From: Acidimicrobiales bacterium
Lineage (GTDB): Bacteria > Actinomycetota > Acidimicrobiia > Acidimicrobiales > Ilumatobacteraceae
Assembly (NCBI GenBank): GCA_947465505.1
Contig: CANIBN010000001.1
Span: forward strand, 1 to 55,187
DNA length: 55,187 bases
Reading direction: 5' to 3'
Shown here in pieces: positions 1 to 10,307 of this stretch (positions are counted from its first letter, which is position 1; the number at the start of each line of letters is the position of its first letter). Below the pieces are notes generated by a model. It worked only from the letters and a program-made list of their open reading frames with translations, was not told the DNA's origin and did no database searches. The position numbers were made by a program, and so were the translations under genes.

Positions 1-941
1 GAGTTGAAGAACCCGCGCAGGAACGGTGAGGCGTCTGCCGCCATGGCCTCCGACCCCGCTGCATAGGCCTCGTATCCCTTGATGTTCTTGAAGTGGTCGC
101 CGAGCAGTTCGTAGTGGCGCAGCGCGGAGTCCGAGTACTCCACCATGTACTGCTCTGCACCACGCCGTGCCTCTTCCTCGGTCTCGGCCACGTAGGTCCA
201 CAGCGCCAACTTGGTGTGCGTCGAGGAGCCATGACCGGCCTGATGGCGAAGGGCGGTGTAGGCCTGAGCGGTTTGGAGCGCCAGTTCGAGGCTCGTGGTG
301 GGGATGATGAGCGGACGCACGTTGTGCTTCGCGATCACCTCGACGGTCTCGGGCGTACCACCGGCGGACCACAGGTTGTGGCTGAGGTCTCGGTCTGGCT
401 GCGGGCGCAGGCGCAGTCCCTCGATGTTGTAGTGCTCGCCGTGGAAGTTGCACTCCCCCGTCGCCAGCAATTGCTTGAGCACCTGGATGCTCTCGTCATA
501 ACGACCACGAGCCTCGCCCTGGTCGATGGACAGTCCTGCGTACTCCCGGCGACCGAGGCCGCGCCCGACGCCGAGGATCACCTCTCGACCCTCGCCGAGG
601 AACGCATCGAGCATGTTGACGTCCTCCGCCACGCGCACGGGGTTGTGCCACGGCAGCACCGTGACCATCGTGCCGAGGTCCACCCGCTCGGTGATCCCGG
701 CGATGTACGTGAGGTACTGCAGTGGGTTCGTCACCATCGTGTACGGCGTGAAGTGGTGCTCGATCGTCCAGAGGGCATCGAATCCGGTCTGATCCGCGAT
801 GCGGGCGAGGTTGATCTCCTCAGCGAAGATCTCCCGGTCGGACTTTGCGGGCCGGCTCGGAACGGACTCGCCGCGTTCCTCCGCTTCGTACCGATCCCAG
901 TCCGTGTAGTTCTGGTTGAAGATGCAGGCTCCGACACGCAT
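1..941 (-). CDS. LLM-class (luciferase-like) flavin-dependent oxidoreductase; 3' end runs off the window
   Basis: Not in the ORF track because it has no stop in the window. My reverse-complement translation from ATG 941 gives MRVGACIFNQNYTDWDRYEAEERG...FDALWTIEHHFTPYTMVTNPLQYLTYIAG...LPWHNPVRVAEDVNMLDAFLGEGREVILGVGRG, which is typical of LLM monooxygenases. A GAGGGGG Shine-Dalgarno sits about 8 nt upstream. The listed + ORF 93..998 is its antisense shadow. Confidence 0.75.
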   Translation of the reverse strand, partial: MRVGACIFNQNYTDWDRYEAEERGESVPSRPAKSDREIFAEEINLARIADQTGFDALWTIEHHFTPYTMVTNPLQYLTYIAGITERVDLGTMVTVLPWHNPVRVAEDVNMLDAFLGEGREVILGVGRGLGRREYAGLSIDQGEARGRYDESIQVLKQLLATGECNFHGEHYNIEGLRLRPQPDRDLSHNLWSAGGTPETVEVIAKHNVRPLIIPTTSLELALQTAQAYTALRHQAGHGSSTHTKLALWTYVAETEEEARRGAEQYMVEYSDSALRHYELLGDHFKNIKGYEAYAAGSEAMAADASPFLRGFFN

Positions 942-1016
942 GACAGGTCCCCCTCGTTGCTCGGTCGTCCCCAACGACCGTTCGTAAGCAGACCCTAAGT
1001 CGCCGGCGCGAGCCGG

Positions 1017-4000
1017 TCAATGCTGCAGGCGCTGTACCCGGCCCCCCTCCTCGGGATGTGTCGCCTCGGGGCCGCCGATGTGCTCCCAGTCCCGCGTTCC
1101 CTCCTGCACCGCAGACCGCACGCGCCTCACCGCGGTGCGCCCCTGCTCGAAGAAGGCAGCAACGAGCAGTGCGAGCACACCAAGACCGATGAGCGTCAAC
1201 CACATCGCCACACCGCGCAGGTTCGGCACCTTGCGGGCGAGGGGAACCACCACCATGAGCACCACGGTGAGCACAATGGCCCCCGTGCCGGCTACAGCGC
1301 GCCGGAACACCCGGGTCGTTGCACCCCACACGGTGAGCATCACACCAACTCCGATGGCAAGCAACGAATAACCCAGCCTGCCCGCAACCGTCCGTTGAAT
1401 AGGCGGCCCGACCATCACCGCTGCGCCGATGAGTTCGAGCAGCGCGATGTCCCATGCCGTGACCTTTCCGCAGCGCTCCCGCCGGATCCAGCGCACCATC
1501 CCCACGACGACGAGCACCGTGACACCGGCCGGGAGGGTGAACCAGTTCGGATCTCCGTCCCACGCCGCCCTCGCCCAGACGATCCATGCCGAGCAAGCGA
1601 GGACCGGTGACGAGATCAGCGTGATTGGTCGCCGGCTGATTGTCCCTGCAGCACCCGCCTGCACCGCTGCGGCAAGGAGAATGACAGCCATCGGCCCGCG
1701 ATCGTGCAGTCGGTCAACCGCTCCGTAGAGACCGATGAACTCGGCGACCGCAGCGGCCCCCAGACAGGGACCGATCCAGAGCACGTCCGGACGCTTCGCC
1801 CACAGCCACAGGGATCCGATTGCGAGTCCGACACCAACGCCAGCCCCGACATGTGCAGTGAGCGCGCCCGCTACCTCGAAGGCACCGAGCAGTCGTGCAC
1901 CTGCCACCGCTGCGGTGAGCGAGGCGACCCAACGGCACCACTGGCCGAACCGTGTCGCAACGACTGCGCCGGCAACGGCTATGGCGGCGAGGTTGACCGC
2001 AGAGGCGACGCCTCCTGCAACTGTCGGCACGTCCTGGTGATTCGCGAGGACCTGCGACGCAATCGACCATCCCACGGCGGCACCGAGCCACACGAGGACA
2101 GCGTCCTGGGGCCCGAGTTGGAACCGGGTAGCGAGCGAACCGACAACGAGCAGCAGGCTCGCGAGCCCTGTCGTCCACACCGCTGTCGTCCGCATGCTCC
2201 AGTCCGCCCACACCGCCATCTGTGCCCAGCCGCCACCAAGCATCAGCGCACCGAGTACCAAGGCAGGCATGCGCACCCACGAGCGCAGCCGTAGACCGAG
2301 CGCGGTTGCGCCGAGACCGCCGAGCGCGAGCGCCAGCGTGAACCATCCCTGTCCTGCATCCTGCGCCGCAACGAGAAGAAGGGTGAGCCCGGCGGCGGGC
2401 CACCACACCGAACGGAGCACGAGGCCCACGAGCAGCAGGACCCCAGCAGCAGAGGCATAGGTAACGTCGACCGACTCGCGGATCGGCGCGAGTGCAAGTG
2501 CGATTGCCAGCACGAGGTGGGCCGCGACGAACGACGGGAGGTCCCATCGCCACCACCGGGTGGACCGGTCCTTCCCTTCGGGAACCGGGTGATCGAGGTG
2601 GCGCAGCGACCGCCCGTACGACGCGAAGGCAGCGAGCATCAGCGCTCCAGCGAATAGCACCAGTTGCCACGGGCGCCGGAGCGGCGCGCCATCCATCACG
2701 ACGACGACACCGAGCGAGGCCACGAGTTCGGCGATCGCAGTCAGTGCCGGCATCGGAGCGAGGAGCGCAGCGGTGAGGATCACGGCGGCGTAGGTGAGGA
2801 GCTGCCATCCAGCAACGGTGTGGTCCCAGAGCTCGTAGAACGAGACGAATGCGCCGATCATGAACCCGAGCGAGCCGAGCACGATCGGACCGGCCACCCA
2901 GTCGGTAGCGGACCTCACGCGACGCAGGGCAAGTGAGCCCAGCAGGAGGACGGTGCCCCAGGCCGCCAGCGCCCGACCCGTGCCGGGTGCCCCGACGCCT
3001 GCTTCCCGAACGAGGAGCACCACGAGCGGTGCGGTCTCCGCCCACGTCACCCAGTCGACGACGGCGAAGCGCGGGCGGCGCACCAGCAGTGCCACGCTGG
3101 TGCTCCCCACGATCGCGACGATGATCGGCCAGCGCCCGGATTCGTTCTCGGAGCCGACGGCGTTGAGCACTGCGACCACGGAGAGGGCCCAGGCGGCAAA
3201 CGACAGCACCCGGGGTTGCGCCCGCCGCAATCGAAACACGCGAACGACGGTGACGAGCAGGAGCGCGACGGCAGTGATGATGCATGCGGACCACGGGTCC
3301 GCGCTCAGCAGGAGCCCTACGCTGTCGAGGATCGTGGTCGCAGCGATGACGAGTCCGACCGAGGCCACCAGCGCCGGGACGTTCTCGACCCACGAGCGGT
3401 GCTCGCGGTCACCCGCAGCGAGGAAGCGGACCGCCGAGCGCACATGCGACGCACCTCGCAGTTCGTGCAACACGGTCACGAACAACCAACCGGCAACGGC
3501 GGCGGTGATCGCCGTGTCCTGCGCCCACCCACGATGAGCAGGGACTGCGATCGCCGCACCGCCAGCCAAGTGGCCGATGAACGCCAGTTGCACGAAGGCG
3601 CTGCTCTCGACCATCGATCCGGCGCAGACGAGGACGAGTGCGATCACTGCGAGGACCACTGCCTGCACCCGGCTGCTCGTGTTCGTCGCTGCAGCGAGGA
3701 GCACCAGAGACCACGCACTCGTACCAGCAGTCAGCCACACTCGGATCACGACGGGAAGTGCACAACCGGCGAGGCCGACCGATGCCAAGGCCACGGCGAT
3801 GGCGCACTCCCAGCGGTACTCGGCCCACGGAATACGCGCAGCCCACACCGACGCCGCAAGGGAAGCGGCCGGCACACCCAACCTCCACAGCAGGTCGCTG
3901 CGCAGGCTCGGGCGGGCAAGGGGACCGACTGCAGCGGCCGCGGCCAACGCGCCGAGAACCAGCATGGCGACAGCACCGGAGGTGAGCAGCGCCAACTCGG

Positions 4001-5561
4001 CCATCAGCGCGGCGAACACCACACCGCAGGACACGCCCCAGCCATCGTGCACCGGCAACCAGTCGGGCTGACGAGCGCGGCGCCACAGCGTCCAGGCGAG
4101 GAGCACCCCGAACGACGTGGTGCCTGCACCCGGCGCGCCCACCGAGAGCAGCGATGCCACCAAGGCGAGGGCCGCAATGCTGTCGATTCCGAGTGCCGTG
4201 GGCCGACGCAGTCCGGTGTATTCGAGCAACAGGACGAGGGCTATGGCGACGAATGCGAACAACCACGCCGGCTCAACTTCGGGGGCGAGCCGTGCTCCGG
4301 CGACAAAGACCGCCAGCGCTTGCACACTGGCGACGAGGCCCGTGGGCAACCGATCACTCAGGGCCTCGAGCAGCACCGCTGCCGCACCCATCGTGAGCAG
4401 ACCGCTGACCACCGGCCATCCGTGCGTCCCAGCGAGCACCGCTTCGACGATGACGAGCACACCTGTGAGCGGAGCCGCAACGGTGCGCGTCGCCCGCACG
4501 ATCGGCCGGGTGGATCGCGAGAGACGCAGCCCGACCACCGTGACTGCGATCGCCACGACCATCGCGGCGATCTGCGCGGCAACCGGGCGGGCGATGTCCT
4601 GGCCAACCGGAACCGGATCCCGAACGATTGCGGCGCCCACGCCCGCGCCGAGCCAGAGCGTGGCTCCGGCAAGGAAGCGCAGAGGGCTCTCCTCGTTGCG
4701 GCGGACGGTGACGGCATATGCCAGCGACAGGGCGGCGCACAGCGCGGCTGCGGTGATGGCGAGGGTGGTGCCGTCGAGGTCGGGCGGGAAGGCACTCCCG
4801 TCGGTCAGCGATGCGATGACCACGATCGGGAGCACGGCACCACCGAGGAAGACAAGTGCAGAGGCAACCGTGGCGGCCTGCCGCTTGCGAAGGAACCACG
4901 CCGCGAGGAAGAAGGCGAGCGGCGAGGCGGCCTCCGCAACGGGCCGCAAGGCGGGCTCCACATCACCGGTGGACACCGCCACGAGACCGACGACGCCGGC
5001 AAACATGAGCAGCACGCCGAGGTAGGACAGCCAGTGCACTGCAAGGTCGCTGGACACTGCATTGAGCGTCCGCCCCCACCAGAGCGATACCCGACCGGGC
5101 CTGCGCTCGATCGGCTTCGGCAAGTCGCGTGGCTGAAGCGGACGCTGAGCCACCTGCCGAGGTGCAGGCTGCGGGGCCGATACAAGTGCCTCCCCCGGGA
5201 CAGGGTGTACCTGGGCGCTCGGCTCGGGAGCGGGAAGCGGGACCCCCGCTGCGGCAGGGAGTGGCGAAACCAGCAAAGGTTCCGAGAGGTGTCGCTCGGC
5301 GACAACGCCCTCGAGATCGTTGCTCAGCACAGCCAGTGTCTCGGCTTCCAGGACGCTGCGACGCGCGGCATCGTCAAGATAGGCCCGGATGACATCGCGG
5401 TGGCGCTGAGCCTGGTGAGCGACGACGTTCGACAACGGCGTCGGGTCGATCACCCTGCGTTCGCCCCAAGCAACCTGGCTCGTCCACGCAAGCCCGTCCC
5501 AGTAGCGGGAGGCCCCCACGGTCACCGGATCCGGGTACCAGCCCGCCGGTGCGTGGATCAT
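1017..5561 (-). CDS. Giant (1514 aa) polytopic membrane protein with an N-terminal DUF2510 (GWYPDP) domain, a Pro-rich linker and dozens of hydrophobic helices; function unknown (resembles SCO7613/DUF2339-like proteins)
   Basis: The N-terminus is MIHAPAGWYPDPVTVGASRYWDGLAWT (DUF2510 signature). A Pro/Ala-rich spacer follows, then about 1300 aa of nearly continuous hydrophobic segments separated by short Arg/Trp-containing loops. Confidence 0.8.
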   Translation of the reverse strand: MIHAPAGWYPDPVTVGASRYWDGLAWTSQVAWGERRVIDPTPLSNVVAHQAQRHRDVIRAYLDDAARRSVLEAETLAVLSNDLEGVVAERHLSEPLLVSPLPAAAGVPLPAPEPSAQVHPVPGEALVSAPQPAPRQVAQRPLQPRDLPKPIERRPGRVSLWWGRTLNAVSSDLAVHWLSYLGVLLMFAGVVGLVAVSTGDVEPALRPVAEAASPLAFFLAAWFLRKRQAATVASALVFLGGAVLPIVVIASLTDGSAFPPDLDGTTLAITAAALCAALSLAYAVTVRRNEESPLRFLAGATLWLGAGVGAAIVRDPVPVGQDIARPVAAQIAAMVVAIAVTVVGLRLSRSTRPIVRATRTVAAPLTGVLVIVEAVLAGTHGWPVVSGLLTMGAAAVLLEALSDRLPTGLVASVQALAVFVAGARLAPEVEPAWLFAFVAIALVLLLEYTGLRRPTALGIDSIAALALVASLLSVGAPGAGTTSFGVLLAWTLWRRARQPDWLPVHDGWGVSCGVVFAALMAELALLTSGAVAMLVLGALAAAAAVGPLARPSLRSDLLWRLGVPAASLAASVWAARIPWAEYRWECAIAVALASVGLAGCALPVVIRVWLTAGTSAWSLVLLAAATNTSSRVQAVVLAVIALVLVCAGSMVESSAFVQLAFIGHLAGGAAIAVPAHRGWAQDTAITAAVAGWLFVTVLHELRGASHVRSAVRFLAAGDREHRSWVENVPALVASVGLVIAATTILDSVGLLLSADPWSACIITAVALLLVTVVRVFRLRRAQPRVLSFAAWALSVVAVLNAVGSENESGRWPIIVAIVGSTSVALLVRRPRFAVVDWVTWAETAPLVVLLVREAGVGAPGTGRALAAWGTVLLLGSLALRRVRSATDWVAGPIVLGSLGFMIGAFVSFYELWDHTVAGWQLLTYAAVILTAALLAPMPALTAIAELVASLGVVVVMDGAPLRRPWQLVLFAGALMLAAFASYGRSLRHLDHPVPEGKDRSTRWWRWDLPSFVAAHLVLAIALALAPIRESVDVTYASAAGVLLLVGLVLRSVWWPAAGLTLLLVAAQDAGQGWFTLALALGGLGATALGLRLRSWVRMPALVLGALMLGGGWAQMAVWADWSMRTTAVWTTGLASLLLVVGSLATRFQLGPQDAVLVWLGAAVGWSIASQVLANHQDVPTVAGGVASAVNLAAIAVAGAVVATRFGQWCRWVASLTAAVAGARLLGAFEVAGALTAHVGAGVGVGLAIGSLWLWAKRPDVLWIGPCLGAAAVAEFIGLYGAVDRLHDRGPMAVILLAAAVQAGAAGTISRRPITLISSPVLACSAWIVWARAAWDGDPNWFTLPAGVTVLVVVGMVRWIRRERCGKVTAWDIALLELIGAAVMVGPPIQRTVAGRLGYSLLAIGVGVMLTVWGATTRVFRRAVAGTGAIVLTVVLMVVVPLARKVPNLRGVAMWLTLIGLGVLALLVAAFFEQGRTAVRRVRSAVQEGTRDWEHIGGPEATHPEEGGRVQRLQH

Positions 5562-5671
5562 GTCGGCACTCTGACCGATTTCGAACCGGGCTGCTCAGGG
5601 CCACAAGTCCCGAGCGGTGGGGTCCGAGCGGGCTGATGGACCTACCGAACTCACCGGCCCAGGCCCGATCG

Positions 5672-6616
5672 CTAGAACGACGTGAGTGCTCGCAACCGAT
5701 CAGCGGCCGAGCGCCGGGACACCGCTACTTGCGGGGCCAGCGCCTCGAATGCGTGCGGGACACCCGGGTGCACATGTAGTTCCACGGAGACACCTGCCTG
5801 GGAGAGCCGTCGGGCGTAGGCGATGTTCTCGTCGCGGAATGCGTCGAGTTCGCCCACCTCGATATAGGCGGGTGCGAGACCCGACAGATTGGTCGCACGG
5901 GCCGGAGCGGCGTACGGCGACGCCTCGTCGGTTCGGTATGCGTCGCCGAGCAAGGCGCGCCAACCCGTCTCATTGTCCTCGTAGGTCCACATGAGGAACG
6001 GAACGAGTGCGGGGTCCACCTCGGTGCGATCGTCGATCATCGGGTAGACGAGGATCTGACGGGCCAGCGTGATGCCACGGTCCCGGGCGAGCAGTGCGGT
6101 GCCGGCAGCGAGCCCTCCCCCGGCACTGTCGCCGTACACGGCAATCCTCGATACGTCGATGCCAAGGGATGAGGCGTTCACACTGAGCCACGCGAGCGCA
6201 GCGAAACAGTCCTCCACCGGGGCCGGGTGCGGGTGTTCGGGCGCCAGGCGGTACTCGACAGCGAGTGTTGGTACACCGGACTTCGACACCGAGTTGCGGA
6301 CGAGGCTGTCGTAGATGTCGAGCGAGCCGCAGATCATGCCGCCACCGTGGAGGTAGAGAACCGCACTCGTGATCGGCGATCCCTGCTTGGTGTACCAGCG
6401 CATCTCGATCTCGGCCCCGTCGAACGAGACCGTTCGGTGAGTCACAACCTCCACGTCAGCAACGGCAGGTCGTCGGTCGCCGAAGGACGTCATCATCCCG
6501 TCGATCGCAGCGCGCCGCCCATGTGCATCGCCAACAGGAAGCCGTGGGGCTCGCTCCATGGCACGCAGCAGCGGAGCAACTGCCGCGGCCCATTCCTCGT
6601 CGAATCGATATGCCAT
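5672..6616 (-). CDS. Alpha/beta hydrolase, hormone-sensitive-lipase (Aes) family esterase
   Basis: Contains the oxyanion motif LHGGGMICGS, the nucleophile elbow GDSAGGG, and a C-terminal Asp...His (ELDAFRDE, PGVPHAF). Confidence 0.85.
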   Translation of the reverse strand: MAYRFDEEWAAAVAPLLRAMERAPRLPVGDAHGRRAAIDGMMTSFGDRRPAVADVEVVTHRTVSFDGAEIEMRWYTKQGSPITSAVLYLHGGGMICGSLDIYDSLVRNSVSKSGVPTLAVEYRLAPEHPHPAPVEDCFAALAWLSVNASSLGIDVSRIAVYGDSAGGGLAAGTALLARDRGITLARQILVYPMIDDRTEVDPALVPFLMWTYEDNETGWRALLGDAYRTDEASPYAAPARATNLSGLAPAYIEVGELDAFRDENIAYARRLSQAGVSVELHVHPGVPHAFEALAPQVAVSRRSAADRLRALTSF

Positions 6617-6680
6617 TACTTCCCCCTTTGCACCGTGCGCTCATCGTGCCACGCCCAATCACGGAGTTGTAGCCCGAACA

Positions 6681-7541
6681 GTGCCTCGGCCAGCATGGAC
6701 CACCGTGCATCCCCAACAGAGCGTCGAGACCCCCGCAGAGTTGCTCTTCGGCGTCGGCAAGACCGATTGGGACACGCTGAGCGTCGTGCAATCGTGCCCG
6801 CCACAGATCCTCGATGATCATGGCGCGCTGCCGCCGGGTGTGCTCTGCCTGTTGCTCGACCACGTCATCGGCAGCTCCATCAGCACTTACCTCGAGCACC
6901 ACCAGCGCATGGTGACGAGCCACATGCACCTCGAGTTCCTGCGACGCCTCACCCCGGACGTCACGAGTGTCACGGGGCGAATCGGCGAGGTGGACCTCGT
7001 TCCCGGCAGCGCATTCTGTACGGGTACGGCCTCGCTGCCGTCCGGCGAACTGCTCTCGCGCTACAGCGCGCGGTTCGCCGTGTTCTCGGGCGGGGAACAG
7101 GGAGGGGGTGTGGTGACCGATGAGGTGCCACCGCCGCTGCCCACCGCGCCGCCCGCGCCCCACGAGTGGACCGCCTCGCCCATTCACCAGGTACTCGGTA
7201 CGCAGGTGGTCGAGGGCGAGAAGGGACGGCTGCGACTCACGTTCCGTGCGAGCGAACAACTGGCCAATGAACGGGCAGGAATCCACGGCGGCGTGGGCGG
7301 CGTGGTGGGCGAGCGAGCGTGCGAGCTAGCGATTCGCAGCATTGCCGGAGGGGATCACCGCTATCGACCGGCAGAACTGCGAGTGCTCTTCGTGAGGCCG
7401 ATAGCTGCGTCGGGAACCGACCTCGCGATCGACACCGAAGTCGGATTTTTCGGCCGCACCACGGCCACGGCAACGGCACGCATCTACCGACCCGACGGCA
7501 AGCTCGCCGTGCAGGTCGACAGCGTGCACGTTGTCGACTAG
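6681..7541 (+). CDS. Tandem hotdog-fold (PaaI-like) thioesterase; start uncertain
   Basis: The ORF spans 6558..7541 and contains two hotdog-like halves (LLLDHVIGSS...TGRIGEV and NERAGIHGGVGGVVGERA...GFFGRTTATATARIY). The first 60 nt overlap the esterase gene, so I chose the in-frame GTG at 6681. Confidence 0.55.
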   Translation: MPRPAWTTVHPQQSVETPAELLFGVGKTDWDTLSVVQSCPPQILDDHGALPPGVLCLLLDHVIGSSISTYLEHHQRMVTSHMHLEFLRRLTPDVTSVTGRIGEVDLVPGSAFCTGTASLPSGELLSRYSARFAVFSGGEQGGGVVTDEVPPPLPTAPPAPHEWTASPIHQVLGTQVVEGEKGRLRLTFRASEQLANERAGIHGGVGGVVGERACELAIRSIAGGDHRYRPAELRVLFVRPIAASGTDLAIDTEVGFFGRTTATATARIYRPDGKLAVQVDSVHVVD

Positions 7542-9254
7542 TTACGACCCGATGAGTTCCTTGCGCAGTTCGCGCTTCAGAAACTTGCCGCTCGCGTTGC
7601 GCGGGATGGGTTCGTCGCGGAACCACACCTTTGCCGGGATCTTGTGCTTGGCGAGGCTTGCCGAGAGGAAGTCGCGCAACTGATCGTGCGTGAGTGTGTG
7701 GTCGGGGGCAAGCACGATGACCGCGGCAACTTCCTCACCCAGCCGCTCATCGGGGATGCCGAACACGGCGACCTCGGCAACGGCGTCGTGGTGGTAGATG
7801 GCGGTCTCGACCTCGCTGCAGTACACGTTCTCGCCACCGCGGATCACCATGTCCTTGGCACGGTCGACGATGTAGATGAAGCCGTCCTCGTCGATGCGGG
7901 CAATGTCACCGGTGTTCAGCCAGCCGTCCTTGATGCTGTCCGCAGTGGCCTCGGGGCGGTTGATGTAACCCTTGATGACCACGGCACCGCGCACGCAGAG
8001 CACACCGATGGTGTTCGGCCCGGCCGGGAGGTCGTTTCCTTCCTCGTCCACGAGCTTCACGTCGAGGGTCGGAACGTTCGGCCCACAGGACTCGGGCTTG
8101 TCGATGAAGAAGCGCGCCGAGTTGGCGGTGATGATGCCGTGGGTCTCGGTCATGCCGTAGCCCGTGGCCGGTGCGCCACCCTTCAGCGCGCCAGCAATCT
8201 TGTTGACGAGGTCGGGCTGCAGCGCAGCGCCGCCGCCACCCATGCCCTGGATGGACGAGGTGTCGCGCTTGGACCAGTCAGGATGCATGAGCAGCTCACG
8301 GCTCATGGTGGGCACGCCGGAGAAGTTCGTGACCTTCTCGCGCTCGATCAGCTCGAGTGCACGGCCCGGGTCCCACTTGTAGGTGAACACGATCTTTGCG
8401 CCAGCCGCCGTCGCGGGGTGCAGCAGACAGTTGCACGCGGTGACGTGGAACAGCGGCGTGGGGGCCATGAACACGATCGGACGAGGCGTCGGTGCCGCCG
8501 TGGGTGCCGGAACCTCGCCTGCCGCAATGCCCTTCTGCTCGGCAAGCGCCACGGTCGCCGACATGGCGCTGAGGTTCATGATGTTGTTGATCGAGCCGCG
8601 GTGCGTCAACTGAGCGCCCTTCGGGAAGCCGGTGGTGCCCGAGGTGTAGAAGATGGTTGCGTCGTCGTCTGGATCGATCTCGGCAGCGGGGAGGGTTCCC
8701 GGGTCCGGTGTGTTCATCACGTCGGCCCAACGAGCACCCTCACCGGGGATGGCTCGGTCGGTGCGCACGGCGATGAGGTGCATCGGCCGCTGTGCGGGCA
8801 TGTGAGACAGGCGCTCGAGGCGCTCGTCGTCGAGGATGATCACGCGCGGCTCGGCGTCGTTGAGGCCGTACTCCATCTCCGGCGGCGTCCACCAGGCGTT
8901 CATGCCCACCGCAGCAGCACCAAGTGACACTGTGGCCCAGTAGGCCACGACCCATTCGGGGTAGTTGCGCAGCGCGATGGCCACTCGACTGTTTCGAGTG
9001 ACCCCGTGGGCCACCAGGTAGGCGGCGAGGCGGCGCACTTGGCTGTGGATCTCGGCGTAGGTGTAACGCTCGTCCTCGTAGACGATGTAGTCCTTGTCGC
9101 CGTAGGCCGCCGAGGCCTCCCAGAGCACACGGAGGTTGGCCGGTGCGTTGGCGTAGGCCTTGAGCGGGATGCCCCGAACGTCCACGGTGGTCACCTCAAA
9201 GGGCCCGCCCTTCGAGGTCAGTTCGTTGCGTGCTGCGAGGTAGTGCTTGATCAC
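7542..9254 (-). CDS. AMP-forming acyl-CoA synthetase (class I adenylate-forming enzyme)
   Basis: Contains FYTSGTTGFPKGAQLTH (AMP-binding motif), TGYGMTE, GWLNTGDIARIDEDGFIYIVDRAKD, and a C-terminal SGKFLKREL. Confidence 0.9.
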   Translation of the reverse strand: MIKHYLAARNELTSKGGPFEVTTVDVRGIPLKAYANAPANLRVLWEASAAYGDKDYIVYEDERYTYAEIHSQVRRLAAYLVAHGVTRNSRVAIALRNYPEWVVAYWATVSLGAAAVGMNAWWTPPEMEYGLNDAEPRVIILDDERLERLSHMPAQRPMHLIAVRTDRAIPGEGARWADVMNTPDPGTLPAAEIDPDDDATIFYTSGTTGFPKGAQLTHRGSINNIMNLSAMSATVALAEQKGIAAGEVPAPTAAPTPRPIVFMAPTPLFHVTACNCLLHPATAAGAKIVFTYKWDPGRALELIEREKVTNFSGVPTMSRELLMHPDWSKRDTSSIQGMGGGGAALQPDLVNKIAGALKGGAPATGYGMTETHGIITANSARFFIDKPESCGPNVPTLDVKLVDEEGNDLPAGPNTIGVLCVRGAVVIKGYINRPEATADSIKDGWLNTGDIARIDEDGFIYIVDRAKDMVIRGGENVYCSEVETAIYHHDAVAEVAVFGIPDERLGEEVAAVIVLAPDHTLTHDQLRDFLSASLAKHKIPAKVWFRDEPIPRNASGKFLKRELRKELIGS

Positions 9255-9323
9255 ACCCCCATTGTGGCCGAAGTGTGACCGAGTTCACCAAGCGCGTGGG
9301 GGCCACCGATACCGTGACCGGCC

Positions 9324-10307
9324 ATGACGCGCCTTGGCTACCAGATCCCGAACTTCTCCTACCCCGGTGTCGGCCCCGCCGACCTCTTCGACACCATCGC
9401 CCGCCAGGCCAAGGAGGCCGACGGATCGGGGTTCGACACGGTCCTCGTCATGGACCACTTCTACCAATTGCCCTTCCTCGGTCCGCACGACGCCTACATG
9501 CTCGAGTGCTATTCGCTGCTCAGCGCACTGGCACGCGAGACCAAGGCGGTCCGCCTCAGTTCCCTCGTCACCGGCAACACCTACCGCAACCCTGCGGTGC
9601 TTGCCAAGACGGTCACCACCCTCGACATCGTGAGCAACGGCCGCGGCCAGTTGGGCATCGGCGCCGGCTGGTTCGAGCTGGAGCACACGGCGTTCGGCAT
9701 CGAGTTCGGCACGTTCACCGACCGGTTCGAGAAGCTGGAGGAGGCGCTGCAGATCGTCGTCCCGATGCTGCGCAACGAGCGCGTCAGCCTGAGCGGCAAG
9801 CACTACACCGCTGTCGACATCGTGAACTCTCCCCCGCCGGTGTCCCGCGTGCCCGTGATGATTGGTGGTGGCGGCGAGCGCAAGACGCTGCGCATGGTCG
9901 CCCAGTACGCCGACGAGTCGAACCTCATCTGCATGGCGAACGAGCTGTCCCGCAAGCTCGACGCGCTGGCCGGTCACTGCGACACGCTCGGCCGAGACCG
10001 TTCCACGGTCACGGTGTCCTGGCAGCGATCGGTCTGCATTGCACCAACGACGGCCGAGGCAGAGGCCGACCTCGCCGCAGGGATGCTTGCGCGCGGTGTC
10101 GACCTCTCGTCGATGAGTGCAGAGCAGCGCAACGCCATCCTCGACCGCTTCGTAATCGGCGACCCGGACACCGTGGGCGAGCGCCTCGCAGCGGACCTCG
10201 CGCTCGGCATCGACGGCTTCACGCTGAACCTGCCGCTCAACGGTCACATCCCCGGCCGTGTGGAACTGCTCGGCCGCACCGCCTCGAAGGCGGTCTTCGG
10301 GCGCTAG
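9324..10307 (+). CDS. LLM-class oxidoreductase, probably F420-dependent
   Basis: Reads MTRLGYQIPNFSYPGVGPADLF...EADGSGFDTVLVMDHFYQLP...GRGQLGIGAGWFELEH, the pattern of the Rv1855c-like F420 LLM family. Confidence 0.8.
   Translation: MTRLGYQIPNFSYPGVGPADLFDTIARQAKEADGSGFDTVLVMDHFYQLPFLGPHDAYMLECYSLLSALARETKAVRLSSLVTGNTYRNPAVLAKTVTTLDIVSNGRGQLGIGAGWFELEHTAFGIEFGTFTDRFEKLEEALQIVVPMLRNERVSLSGKHYTAVDIVNSPPPVSRVPVMIGGGGERKTLRMVAQYADESNLICMANELSRKLDALAGHCDTLGRDRSTVTVSWQRSVCIAPTTAEAEADLAAGMLARGVDLSSMSAEQRNAILDRFVIGDPDTVGERLAADLALGIDGFTLNLPLNGHIPGRVELLGRTASKAVFGR

Noticed and set aside
93-998. 301-aa + strand ORF at the window start
   Set aside because: It is Val/Arg/His/Leu-rich with no motif. It lies exactly antisense to a minus-strand frame that translates into a clear LLM-class oxidoreductase with a Shine-Dalgarno. 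I treat it as a shadow ORF typical of high-GC DNA.
3216-5636. 806-aa + strand ORF opposite the giant membrane-protein gene
   Set aside because: Its composition is dominated by Arg/Gly/Asp/His/Glu runs with no hydrophobic core or motif. The opposite strand encodes a coherent DUF2510 plus multi-TM protein. It is an antisense shadow.
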